Assembly: GCA_043811375.1 (NCBI GenBank)
Contig: JBDRNJ010000031.1
Location: forward strand, 18,031-82,030
Length of the DNA: 64,000 nt
Reading direction: 5' to 3'
From: a bacterium
GTDB taxonomy: Bacteria > Zixibacteria > MSB-5A5 > GN15 > FEB-12
Shown: piece by piece, positions 1 through 9,851 of the stretch
How positions within the stretch are numbered: position 1 is the stretch's first letter
How the letters are laid out: every line of letters starts with the position of its first letter
Made by a program: the position numbers and the translations under genes
Notes under the pieces: model-generated
What the model was told of the DNA's origin: nothing
What the model saw: only the letters and a program-made list of their open reading frames with translations
The model's database searches: none

Positions 1-1208
1 GGAATGGTGCGCGTGGCCGGATCGAGGGCACCCCCGGTGGTGAGAACACGCATATCAGAGTTCGGGATGGCCCATCCTCCGGGCAGACCATCGGTCTTCA
101 CAAACGCTCCGACCGGACTTCCCAATTGATAGAAGTCTCTCTCATACACATTCACCTGTAACCACACTGTGGCGGGGTCTACGATGGACATCAGCTTGTC
201 GCCAGAGCGAACTCGCTGTCCGGGACGAGCCTGCCACTCGACGATCTTTCCAGATATGGGTGCCTTAAGAGTTAGAGTGCCGTTTTTGCCACCGCTCGAA
301 AGGGCCTCAAAGCCCGCTTTCATCGCCAAGTAATCGTCTCGAACGAGCTCAAACTCCCGTTCAGAGATAGCCTCGCGATCTTTGAGACGTTGCGCCCTCT
401 CATAATCACGTTTCGCTTGCTCATACGCCAGATGCGAGGAGGCATATCCTGTGCCTTGTAATGGTGGTGTGATCGTAACCACGACGTCACCTCGTTTGAC
501 CAATGATCCCGGTAGCGCCAATTGGCTACCGTTACCCACATGCAAGATTCCATCGACAGGTGAAACTATCTCAACGTAGGAGTCGGGGCTGGGTAGCACT
601 TCACCAATCGCCCACACCGATCGCTTGATCTCGCGGGTTTCAACCTCGCTAGTGGCAAAAGGAATTTTCCACTGTTGCTCCATGAGGAAGCTTATCCCTC
701 CACCAGTCTCACCCTCTTCCTGCGCAGGTATAGCGTCAATGGATGAATACACCTCAAAACCATCTATAACGAACGAGTCGCGCGCGATTGGTCCCTCGTA
801 AGTAAGATTGAGTCTGAGACTCTCGACATCCTTAAGTTCAACGGTTGGCGTGAAAATGCCTTCTCGAAGCAGATCAGTTTCCACTATTTCGAGCACGGAT
901 CGTGTTTCATTCATGAATGTTAGGGTGACTTTGCCTTCTCTGACAGGCTGAAAACCTTCAAGAATAGTAAGGTGAATAATAAACTTGCTCGGCTGGTTTG
1001 CCACCAGGAGAGGGTATTCCATGAACAATCCCATTTGGTCCGTAAATTCTGTCACCGAAACCGAGGGAGCCTCACCGTTATTCCCCTGGACGGCGGTTTC
1101 TGAGTTGTTCTGATCCGTCCTCCCTTCAGCAGGCTCACTACTTCCACTGGCAAAAGCCTGAGTTGCAAAGGCTAAAAGGAACAGAGCGATATATGCTGTA
1201 ATCTTCAT
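1..1208 (-). CDS. Efflux RND transporter periplasmic adaptor (CzcB/CusB-like), partial, runs off window start
   Basis: ATG at 1208 just downstream of the TolC gene. Manual translation gives MKITAYIALFLLAF (signal) ... LFMEYPLLVAN ... ISFLMEQQWKIPFAT ... LTLKAPISGKIV, typical of heavy-metal RND adaptors. Confidence 0.8.
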   Translation of the reverse strand, partial: MKITAYIALFLLAFATQAFASGSSEPAEGRTDQNNSETAVQGNNGEAPSVSVTEFTDQMGLFMEYPLLVANQPSKFIIHLTILEGFQPVREGKVTLTFMNETRSVLEIVETDLLREGIFTPTVELKDVESLRLNLTYEGPIARDSFVIDGFEVYSSIDAIPAQEEGETGGGISFLMEQQWKIPFATSEVETREIKRSVWAIGEVLPSPDSYVEIVSPVDGILHVGNGSQLALPGSLVKRGDVVVTITPPLQGTGYASSHLAYEQAKRDYERAQRLKDREAISEREFELVRDDYLAMKAGFEALSSGGKNGTLTLKAPISGKIVEWQARPGQRVRSGDKLMSIVDPATVWLQVNVYERDFYQLGSPVGAFVKTDGLPGGWAIPNSDMRVLTTGGALDPATRTI

Positions 1209-1217
1209 CGTGTAATC

Positions 1218-2450
1218 CTATTCTTCAAAGTTCACGAGAGTCTCACCCGTGATTGTTTCCAATTGAAAAAGGTTCAGGTAGAATTGAGTCAACTGCCCGT
1301 AGTAGTGCTCAAGGCCGGCCACCTCTATTTGAATTGCGTTTAGGAGCTCATTAAGGGTCAACCAGCCTTCTTCATAGGAATACAAGAGATTGTTGAACTC
1401 CTCCGAATCCTCAAGGAAGTGTGGTGAAGCTAGTGCAAGAGATCCCTGCGAACCGGCAATCGATTCTGTAAGCGCCTGCACTTGACCAATGGCCTGAGTG
1501 CGGTTAAGTTGCATCTCGGTCCGAGCAATATCGCTCTCGATCCGGTACTTACGTGCCGTCGAACCGTTGCGATTGAAGAGCGGTAGGCTTAGTGAAACAC
1601 CCGCCACATATCCGTCCACGTCCGGATCAATCTTCTTAAGTCCCGCATACACGTTGAGAGCCGGTATGAACTTCCCCTTTTCAGCAGATGCGCGCTTGCG
1701 AAACGACTCTACCAAGAGCGACCTGGACATATAATCTGGCTGAGATTCTACCACCGCAGTGTAGTGCTCGACCGGCTTCAAGTCGATCAATCCGAAACCG
1801 ACCGGCGTGGCCAGTGTGACCACGTCATCGGGACCCAATCCCACATTGGCTCGCCAGAATGCTGAGAGCTCTTTTCTCTCCTGCAGAGCTGATTGGTGAC
1901 TCGCGTTGAGAGATATTATCGCCATCTGGATGAGGTGTTCTTCTGCACCTGATAGATGCCCCTCGGAGTGTCTTGAGGTTGCCACATGTGAGGCATCCGA
2001 AAGGGCTTCTTTAAACCGCTCTAATCGCGAAAGATACTCATCAAGGAGTTGTAAGGCTACGTACCCGGACTTCAACGTAGCCAAATGTGTTCGCCTGCTC
2101 TGCTCTTTCGTCAATTCAGCCGATTTGACGCGATCTTTCCAACTTGACCGCTTCTTTGAGTAGGCCCACGGTACCTCGACCTGTTTCCCAATTGTGATTT
2201 GGTATTCTTTGGCCTGGTCGACATCCTCACGATCATATGCGATTACTGGATTTGACCATTGCAGGTCTTCGTCTCGTTCGGCAAGAACCCTTTCGAACTC
2301 CTGCCCAATGATCTGGGCACGCGGGCTGTATTCCTGCGCGTGATTGTCCAGATCAGAAAATCTGATTGTCTTGGTCTCCGCCTGGGCGACTGAGATGAGA
2401 ACACTCAGTATCAGCCCAGCGCGAAGAATCCATGATGCTCTGTCAAGCAT
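1218..2450 (-). CDS. TolC-family outer membrane efflux protein (CzcC-like)
   Basis: 410 aa with signal peptide, WSNP motif, GVSLSLPLFNRN and YEEGWLTLNELL. Confidence 0.85.
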   Translation of the reverse strand: MLDRASWILRAGLILSVLISVAQAETKTIRFSDLDNHAQEYSPRAQIIGQEFERVLAERDEDLQWSNPVIAYDREDVDQAKEYQITIGKQVEVPWAYSKKRSSWKDRVKSAELTKEQSRRTHLATLKSGYVALQLLDEYLSRLERFKEALSDASHVATSRHSEGHLSGAEEHLIQMAIISLNASHQSALQERKELSAFWRANVGLGPDDVVTLATPVGFGLIDLKPVEHYTAVVESQPDYMSRSLLVESFRKRASAEKGKFIPALNVYAGLKKIDPDVDGYVAGVSLSLPLFNRNGSTARKYRIESDIARTEMQLNRTQAIGQVQALTESIAGSQGSLALASPHFLEDSEEFNNLLYSYEEGWLTLNELLNAIQIEVAGLEHYYGQLTQFYLNLFQLETITGETLVNFEE

Positions 2451-2505
2451 ACACGTTATCCTTGTTTAAGAATATTGATTGTTTTGTTTAGAAAAAGACT
2501 TAGGA

Positions 2506-2928
2506 TCAGGTCAGCTTAGGCGGACCACGACAGACGAATGTGTCTATGGAAACCGATTCTGGAAGCGAGTCTCCGTCGCACACGCTTGCTGAAGACCTTT
2601 GGCCGACATCGGAACCGTCGACTACTTCGCCACATACACCCAATACATTGACTGGTAATGAGGTGTTTCTATCATACGAACGGGTTCTATGCCAGTAGTC
2701 GATACTTTGGTCGAATGTATGGTGATGATGCCCGTCCTCGTGATGATCCTCAATAGCGTCCGGATCTACATCAACCGGGTGGAGACTTATCTCTATTGGG
2801 AATCCTTGGTCGTCGTGCGAATGGTGGAAATGGACATACGGATAGACTTGGCTGAAGTAAACCAATAAGAGCACCAAAGCCAGCTTTGGCCATCCGTAGC
2901 GCTTGTTTACGTTTGGCGAACTATCCAT
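2506..2928 (-). CDS. Small His-rich membrane/exported protein ending in RGPP (possible metal-responsive leader)
   Basis: Hydrophobic segment, HFHHSH and DHHEDGHHHH, C-terminal RGPPKLT. ATG 2928 preferred over TTG 2937 because of promoter geometry. Confidence 0.6.
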   Translation of the reverse strand: MDSSPNVNKRYGWPKLALVLLLVYFSQVYPYVHFHHSHDDQGFPIEISLHPVDVDPDAIEDHHEDGHHHHTFDQSIDYWHRTRSYDRNTSLPVNVLGVCGEVVDGSDVGQRSSASVCDGDSLPESVSIDTFVCRGPPKLT

Positions 2929-2936
2929 AGAAGGCA

Positions 2937-2964
2937 AATGTAGTCAAGTTTCTCAAATAGTCAA
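2937..2964 (-). promoter_or_regulatory. Sigma70-like promoter
   Basis: TTGACT-16 bp-TACATT, ending 8 nt before ATG 2928. Confidence 0.5.
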
Positions 2965-3000
2965 ACAGAATCCTACTCGTTATAAGGTTTGTAGCTCCCG

Positions 3001-3037
3001 TATGTGTCATATGTTCCAACATATTAGTTCGCACATA
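3001..3037. promoter_or_regulatory. Palindromic operator candidate between divergent metal genes
   Basis: ATATGTT-CC-AACATAT (3009-3024) nested in TATGTG...CACATA. Confidence 0.4.
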
Positions 3038-3084
3038 GTGAATTTGACCTTTTGAGTACCTTGACCATCTGGTATTATTGGTTC

Positions 3085-4152
3085 ATGGCTACTTCAGGTA
3101 CTAAGACACGTGGTTCAGGTGCGTATGTAGTCTCGCTCGCTCTCGTCTCGGCAGCCTTGTTTGGGGCTGCCACCCCGGCAAGCAAGGCGGTGCTTGGAAA
3201 CCTCACGGCATTCCAGTTAGCGGGATTACTTTACCTCGGTGCGGCCTTGGGGGTCCTAACTGTCATGATTCGAAAGCGGTCTTGGCGCCCGCCGTGGGCG
3301 ATGACAGCCAAGAACCAACGAAATCTAATCGGAGCCGTCTTTTTCGGCGGCCTCCTCGGACCGGTGCTTCTACTTTTTGGCTTGCAAATGGCTTCAGCGA
3401 CCTCCGTATCTATGTGGCTGAACCTCGAAATAGTTGCGACGGCGGTTCTGGGGAGGATGTTCTTTCACGATCACTTAGGGCGTTACGGCTGGTTGGGCGT
3501 AGCAGGCATTGTGGCCACCGGAGCTTTGCTCAGTGTCGGAGAAGGTTTGGCTGGTCTTTGGGCTGGCCTTTTGGTTACGGCAGCTTGTACCTGCTGGGGG
3601 TTGGACAACCATTTTACTTCCCTCATCGACGGCATCACGCCCTCTCAAAGCACCTTCTGGAAAGGGCTTGTGGCAGGCTCAGTCAACCTGATATTAGGCC
3701 TCATTCTGCACTCTTACGATGCTTCTGTGACGATCACGGTGGGTGCGCTTGTTATCGGAGTGTTCTCGTACGGTGCCAGCATTACACTGTACATCACCGC
3801 CGCTCAGGGAATGGGAGCCACTCGCGCACAGATGTTCTTCGCCAGTGCTCCATTCTTCGGAGTTGCTCTGTCGGCGATTGCTTTGGGGGAATCAATAACT
3901 GCTCTTCAATTGACCTCTGGCGTCTTGTTGGCCATATCACTGGCCGCTCTCTTTCGAGACAGGCACCATCATGGGCATGTACATGACCCGATGGAGCATG
4001 AACACGCGCACCGTCATGATGACGAGCATCACGATCACGCTCATCCGGAACTCGCGTCGGGGACGCGTAACTCTCACTGGCACGAGCATAATGTGGTCGA
4101 GCACGCCCACCCCCATTGGCCCGACCTTCACCACCGCCATCGGCACAGCTAA
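3085..4152 (+). CDS. DMT/EamA family transporter with His-rich C-terminal tail
   Basis: About 10 TM segments in two EamA repeats. Tail HHHGHVH...HAHPHWPDLHHRHRH. Confidence 0.85.
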   Translation: MATSGTKTRGSGAYVVSLALVSAALFGAATPASKAVLGNLTAFQLAGLLYLGAALGVLTVMIRKRSWRPPWAMTAKNQRNLIGAVFFGGLLGPVLLLFGLQMASATSVSMWLNLEIVATAVLGRMFFHDHLGRYGWLGVAGIVATGALLSVGEGLAGLWAGLLVTAACTCWGLDNHFTSLIDGITPSQSTFWKGLVAGSVNLILGLILHSYDASVTITVGALVIGVFSYGASITLYITAAQGMGATRAQMFFASAPFFGVALSAIALGESITALQLTSGVLLAISLAALFRDRHHHGHVHDPMEHEHAHRHDDEHHDHAHPELASGTRNSHWHEHNVVEHAHPHWPDLHHRHRHS

Positions 4153-4321
4153 ATCTTATTGGGACTTCATAACTGGTTTGGCTGGGGGGAAAGTATGGTG
4201 AGAGTGAGGTTTGGTTCTGACACTGCTGTAAGCTATTCTCTGACAATAGAATATAAAATGGCGGGGGCTACGAGACGATTTCCGCAACTGGGTAATCGAG
4301 AATGTGGCTGCCTAGAGACTG

Positions 4322-6130
4322 TTAGGCTCTCTCCAACTGCAGGAAATGCACGTAACCTGAAGCACCGCCAACGAGGATCGTGACGCCATCAGGGCAGACC
4401 GCACAGCAGTACAGACTTTCATCAATATCGAAATTCATCAGAATCTGCCCCGACTCCAGATCCCAAACCTTCAGGGTCTGATCAGAAGACCCGGAGATGA
4501 CACGGCCGCCGTCGGGCGTCACCGCCAGGGCATTGACCCAACCCGTGTGCCCCTCCAGGGTGCGGATGACTTGCCCCGACTCCAGATCCCAAACCTTCAG
4601 GGTATGGTCCCAAGACCCGGAGATGACACGGCCGCCGTCGGGCGTCACCGCCAGGGCATTGACCCCACCCGTGTGCCCCCTTAGACTCATTAACTCACTG
4701 CCCCCTGCCTGCGTGATGCTGGGGTGCAATAGGCGTAACCAAGCCTGTTTGGCCTCTGACGCCTGATCACGAAGGTTAACGATGTCCGCTTCCCTGCTTG
4801 AAAAAAGACGCGCATAGAGCTGTTCGGCCAGTTGATCCTTGTCCGTCATGAGAATGTGAGCTGCCAGCCGCAGGGCCGATTGTATAAGGCGCAAAACAGA
4901 ATCATCCGGGAAGAAGTCGTAGTCGGATATCAGGCTCTGTAAATCCGTGCTGTTCAGCTTTGCTTGCAGCCATTTGAAATTTTTCAATAAGCGCCGCAGG
5001 GTCTCTGCACGATTAGCGCCTTGGAGATGGTAGCCGACCCATTGACAGGCGTATTGGTTGGGAAGGTTGTAATGATCTTTCCAGGAATCCGCCAGTTTGC
5101 CGTGCACAGAGTGCCCATCCGCCATCTGTGAGATAAGATAGGTTCGAATAACATCGTGCGGGCGAAGAGTTTTCTTATTCAGGTCAAGATTCTGCAGCAA
5201 AGAAAGGTTGGCCAGCCGCAACGCTAAGTCTTCTGTGTCAAGCTCGTCCAATCCCCATAATTGACTCACTACATCAAGCGGTACGTTTTCATCCTCAGGA
5301 AAGATACCCAGGTGCAGGTAGCGTTCACGTCCCTTGGCAGGCAACAGCTCCAAACTGGCACCGACAGTCAGATCGATTGCATCATTACGATGTTCAGGAT
5401 TGTGGCGGTTGAAAGCATCAATCCCCCGCTTGTCGAGCGCCTTGTTGAGGTACGCCACCGCCTCGTCCGCGCTGACGCCTCGTACAATGCGTTCTTTCAG
5501 AGCACTACCAGCCAGGGAAAGTAAGAGCGGCCACTCTCCCATACGAGCTGACAACTCACGGTACGGCTGCAAATCATGGGGACGGCTTTTAAGCTGACCT
5601 ACCAACATCTCCGTGGCCTCGTCTGAAGTCATCTCATCAACCGAGACCAGTGGCATTCCGGTAACCAGATCGCTCCGCCGAGTCGTGACCATCACAGTGC
5701 AACCGCCTACCGCTCGCCTGAGACACTCCAACTCCCTGCGGTTCCAGATATCGTCCAGCACAACCAGGCAATCCTTACCAGCCACCTTACCAGCCACGGT
5801 ATTTATGGCATCCTCTTCGTCCACAAAGGGGGGACGCTCACCGGTCAGCGCCGCGTACAACTTCGCGAGTGTACCCACTACATCCGGCTTCTCACCAAGC
5901 GTGACCTAGAGAATACCATCATTGTAAGCAGTGATAACTTCTTCATTATGACAAAGTGCTGCCGCCAGGGTAGTCTTGCCGAATCCACCGGCACCATACA
6001 GAGCAGTTGTGATGACAACCGGATTCTCCCGATTTTTGTCCAATACTAAGCTAAGAAGCTGGTCGTACTCATTTGGACGCTCCACAAAACCCTCCGGTGG
6101 CTCCGGAGCCATATAGGGTACAAGTCCCAC
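4322..6130 (-). pseudogene. NB-ARC (APAF-1-like STAND) NTPase with WD40 repeats, interrupted by an in-frame TAG and lacking an N-terminal effector
   Basis: Walker A GAGGFGKT in the 5906-6130 part, Walker B LVVLDDIW, PHD (MHD-like) and WD40s in the 4322-5878 part. Both parts share one frame and the junction reads DGIL*VTLGEKP. Confidence 0.8.
4446..4679. repeat. Near-identical 126-bp tandem WD40-coding repeats
   Basis: 4446-4553 matches 4572-4679 except for a few codons (SDQ/WDH, W/G). Confidence 0.9.
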
Positions 6131-6183
6131 TCCGAAGACATATCAAGCTGTGCAGTGGTTATCAATAGGGCGCATTTACGGCC

Positions 6184-6213
6184 TTGCCAACTACCACCCC
6201 CGCACAGTATATT
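6184..6213 (+). promoter_or_regulatory. Sigma70-like promoter of the RM gene
   Basis: TTGCCA-18 bp-TATATT. Confidence 0.45.
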
Positions 6214-6356
6214 CTGGATCACAGTCAGGGATGGAGCGTACGGTCGATTATGGCACAGGTCACAATAGAGAACCCAATTCTAAACTCGCCGTTTGGTGAA
6301 CCGAGTCGTTGTGTTGTATTCGCTAAGAACGTGACGTTCTGGGGAGTCGCATAGGT

Positions 6357-9300
6357 ATGCCTAAACACCCCGTCGAGACTTACCTCAGTGAGCTTCATGA
6401 AATTCGTGCCACCGGCGGTGGCTCGGCTGAAATATCTTACTATGGTGCTTTGGAAGCACTGCTAAACGAGGTGGGAAGGAAGCTTAAGCCCAAAGTTCGT
6501 TGCGTTCATAATCTGGTAAATACCGGTGCAGGGTTCCCCGACTTTGGGTTATATACGGCAAATCAATTCCAGAAAGCCAAGAATGCCGAACCCTTACCGG
6601 GTCAGCTGCCGGAACGCGGCGTGATTGAGGTCAAACCCACCGACGATGATTCCTGGCTCACGGCAAAGGGGACACAGGTCACCAAATACTGGGGGCGTTA
6701 CGGACAGGTACTGGTCACCAACTACCGCGATTTCGTCTTTATCGGTCGAGATGAAAGAGACAAACCAGTGAAGCTGGAGACATTTCGCCTGGCCGACACG
6801 GAGAACGCCTTCTGGGCAGCTACAACTCACCCGCGAAAGACGGCACAGGATAAGGGTGACAGGCTGATTGAGTTCTTGTGTCGCATCATGCAGCACGCTG
6901 CTGCGATTACTGATCCGGAGGACTTAGCCTGGTTCCTGGCGTCGTACGCGCGTGAAGCTAAGGCACGGATTGAAGCCGTGAGCGATCTGCCTGGTCTTGC
7001 TGCTTTGCGCGGAGGGCTGGAAGAGTCACTTGGCTTGAGATTCGAGGGCGAGGAAGGTGAACACTTCTTTCGTGCAACATTGATTCAAACCCTTTTCTAC
7101 GGCGTCTTTTCATCCTGGGTCCTGTGGGCACGCGATAACGGCACCAAAGAAACTGACCGGTTCAACTGGCATGAGGCGGCATGGAATCTCCATGTTCCTA
7201 TGATTGCCGGCTTATTTCAGCAGATTGCCACACCGAATAAACTTAAGCCGCTGGGGTTGGATGAGATCCTCGATTGGACCGGCATGGCTCTTAACCGTAT
7301 AGTACGAGACAAGTTCTTTGAGAAGTTTGAGGAGGAGCAGGCAGTCCAGTATTTCTACGAGCCGTTCTTGAAAGCCTACGATCCTGATCTGAGAAAAAAA
7401 CTCGGCGTCTGGTACACGCCACAGGAGATTGTCAAGTACCAGGTTGCACGTGTGGATACTGTGCTCCGAGAGGAATTAGACATCGAAGACGGCCTGGCTG
7501 ACCCCAGCGTCTATGTGCTCGATCCCTGCTGCGGTACGGGGGCGTATTTGGTGGAGGTGCTGCGCAGCATTCACCGGACACTGAAGGAAAAAGGTGCTGA
7601 TGCTTTGACCGCCCAGCAGCTCAAAAAGGCGGCAATGGAACGTGTCTTCGGATTTGAGATTCTCCCCGCGCCTTTTGTTGTGTCACACCTTCAACTGGGT
7701 CTTATGCTCAGGACTCTCGGAGCGCCCCTTTCTGAGAATGGTAAAGAGCGCGTCGGTGTCTATCTCACAAACGCCCTGACAGGATGGGAGCCGCCCAAAA
7801 GCCCCAAGGACCAATTGGCCTTCCCGGAACTGCAGGAGGAACTCGAAGAGTCTGGAAAAGTCAAACGTGAAGTCCCGATCTTGGTAGTCCTCGGTAACCC
7901 ACCCTACAACGCCTTTGCCGGAACAAGCCCTGCAGAGGAACGGGGCTTGGTCGAGTCTTTCAAGGATGGACTCACTAAACCGGTCAAGGATGGCGGCTGG
8001 GGGATAAAGAAGTTCAACCTCGATGACCTCTATGTCCGCTTCTTCCGCATCGCCGAGCGGCGGATTGTCAAGAGTGGCATGGGAGTAGTCAGCTATATCT
8101 CGAACTTCTCTTACCTTGGCGACCCATCATTCGTGGTCATGCGCCAACGATTCCTTGATGAATTTGACAAGCTCTGGTTCGATTCCATGAACGGTGATAG
8201 TCGGGAGACTGGCAAGAAGACTCCTGACGGGAAACCCGATCCCAGCGTCTTCTCCACAGAGCAGAGCCGCGTAGGCATTCGAGTAGGCACGGCGATCTGC
8301 ACAATGGTTCGCAGGCGCAAGCGTTCAAGAATGCCCACGGTTCGCTTCCGCCACTTTTGGGGAGCGACAAAGCGAGCAGATGTCCTGAACAGCTTGAAGG
8401 TTAAGAAGTTCAATAAGGACTACGACATCTCCGGTCCTAATACAGGAAACAGGTTTTCGTTTCGACCCCAGGTTGTCGACGCTCATTATCTGTCATGGCC
8501 AAAGCTTACTGCGCTGTGTGGCGAAGCACCCAGTAACGGCTTGATGGAGAAACGAGGCGGTAGCCTCATTGATGTGGAGAGACAGGCTCTTGAAAGGCGT
8601 GTGACGGCTTACTTCGATGCGAACCTTGATTGGGAGGGGTACAGGTCACTCGGCTACGGGCTTGAGAAACCGAAGGCAGGTATTGATGATCCCGAGAAAC
8701 TGAGGAAGAAAGCAATAGCAGCAGAACCATATAAGCCACAACATTTGGTCCGGTATTCGGTACGCCCCTTCGAAATACAGTGGGCTTATTACTGCGCCGT
8801 CCCAGGCGTTTGGAATCGTGCGCGACCGAACTACAAGGAGCAATGCTGGGAGGGAAACACATTCATCATAACGCGTCCTGCCGGAGTTGCGAGTGTTGAA
8901 GGAACTCCGCTGTTTTTCACAAGCACCATCGGTGACAACGACTCCCTGCGGGGACATGCCTACTACTTCCCGGTGCAATTTCGCCCGGCCACCAGGAAAC
9001 GAAGGGCAGACAGCGCCTCTGGCAGCTTGGCTCTCGAAATCAAGCCGCAACGGGCCGTGGCCGCCAACCTCTCGAACAACGCACGCGCATACCTGAAATC
9101 CTTCGGCATCTCCAACCCGGACATGAACGCAGAGACAGCGAGCCTCATCTGGATGCACGCGCTGGCCATCGGATACTCGCCTGCCTACCTTTCCGAAAAT
9201 GCCGATGGCATCCGCCAGGACTGGCCGAGAATCCCGCTTCCTGACTCGAAGAAAGCACTCCTGGCCTCTGCCAAGCTCGGCAACCGGGTCGCAGCCTTGC

Positions 9301-9851
9301 TCGATACAGAGAGGGGCTTGTCCGGCGTCACATCTGGTAGGCTTCGCGCAGAACTAAAGACAATGGGGATCGTCTCGCGTGTTGGTGGAGGTAGCTTGAC
9401 TGCGGAGGAAGGCGGCTTCGGCTTGACCGCCGGTTGGGGACACGCTGGAAAAGCTGGCGTCACGATGCCCGGCAGGGGGAAGATCGAGGAGCGGGCCTAT
9501 ACGGGTGAGGAGCTTGAAGCGTTTAACGCTGGGGCAAAGGGACTCGGTCTTACATTGAAGCAAGTGCTTGAGCATCTTGGGAAGAACACGCTCGATGTTT
9601 ATCTGAACGACATGGCGTACTGGAAGAACATTCCAGTCAACGTGTGGGACTACCATATAGGTGGCTACCAGGTCATCAAGAAGTGGCTCAGCTACCGTGA
9701 GAAAAGTCTTCTTGGACGCTCCCTGAAAATGGAAGAAGTCGAATATGTCACCGACACGACACGTCGCATCGCAGCGATCATCTTGTTGCAGCCAACCCTT
9801 GACACCAACTATGAAGCAGTGAAATCGGATACATACGTGTGGAGCGACTGA
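6357..9851 (+). CDS. Fused restriction-modification enzyme: PD-(D/E)xK-like nuclease, N6-adenine MTase and type ISP-like specificity domain (type IIG/IIL-like)
   Basis: PDF...IEVK at the N-terminus, GVWYTP, LDPCCGTG (motif I), GNPPY (motif IV), C-terminal WDYHIGGYQVIKKWLSYR. No helicase motifs. Confidence 0.85.
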   Translation: MPKHPVETYLSELHEIRATGGGSAEISYYGALEALLNEVGRKLKPKVRCVHNLVNTGAGFPDFGLYTANQFQKAKNAEPLPGQLPERGVIEVKPTDDDSWLTAKGTQVTKYWGRYGQVLVTNYRDFVFIGRDERDKPVKLETFRLADTENAFWAATTHPRKTAQDKGDRLIEFLCRIMQHAAAITDPEDLAWFLASYAREAKARIEAVSDLPGLAALRGGLEESLGLRFEGEEGEHFFRATLIQTLFYGVFSSWVLWARDNGTKETDRFNWHEAAWNLHVPMIAGLFQQIATPNKLKPLGLDEILDWTGMALNRIVRDKFFEKFEEEQAVQYFYEPFLKAYDPDLRKKLGVWYTPQEIVKYQVARVDTVLREELDIEDGLADPSVYVLDPCCGTGAYLVEVLRSIHRTLKEKGADALTAQQLKKAAMERVFGFEILPAPFVVSHLQLGLMLRTLGAPLSENGKERVGVYLTNALTGWEPPKSPKDQLAFPELQEELEESGKVKREVPILVVLGNPPYNAFAGTSPAEERGLVESFKDGLTKPVKDGGWGIKKFNLDDLYVRFFRIAERRIVKSGMGVVSYISNFSYLGDPSFVVMRQRFLDEFDKLWFDSMNGDSRETGKKTPDGKPDPSVFSTEQSRVGIRVGTAICTMVRRRKRSRMPTVRFRHFWGATKRADVLNSLKVKKFNKDYDISGPNTGNRFSFRPQVVDAHYLSWPKLTALCGEAPSNGLMEKRGGSLIDVERQALERRVTAYFDANLDWEGYRSLGYGLEKPKAGIDDPEKLRKKAIAAEPYKPQHLVRYSVRPFEIQWAYYCAVPGVWNRARPNYKEQCWEGNTFIITRPAGVASVEGTPLFFTSTIGDNDSLRGHAYYFPVQFRPATRKRRADSASGSLALEIKPQRAVAANLSNNARAYLKSFGISNPDMNAETASLIWMHALAIGYSPAYLSENADGIRQDWPRIPLPDSKKALLASAKLGNRVAALLDTERGLSGVTSGRLRAELKTMGIVSRVGGGSLTAEEGGFGLTAGWGHAGKAGVTMPGRGKIEERAYTGEELEAFNAGAKGLGLTLKQVLEHLGKNTLDVYLNDMAYWKNIPVNVWDYHIGGYQVIKKWLSYREKSLLGRSLKMEEVEYVTDTTRRIAAIILLQPTLDTNYEAVKSDTYVWSD

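Noticed and set aside
1..4152. Metal cluster as part of the serine-recombinase element
   Set aside because: It lies outside the reconstructed left junction at 4261. It may be an older island, but no boundary is visible.
4446..4679. CRISPR array or DGR template/variable repeat
   Set aside because: These are in-frame 126-bp coding repeats with no spacers, cas genes or reverse transcriptase.
5906..5908. Amber recoding (pyrrolysine or alternative code) at the NB-ARC TAG
   Set aside because: TAG terminates normal genes here (TolC-like, ABC-F, acnA), no pyl genes are present, and the position is one change from a Trp codon.
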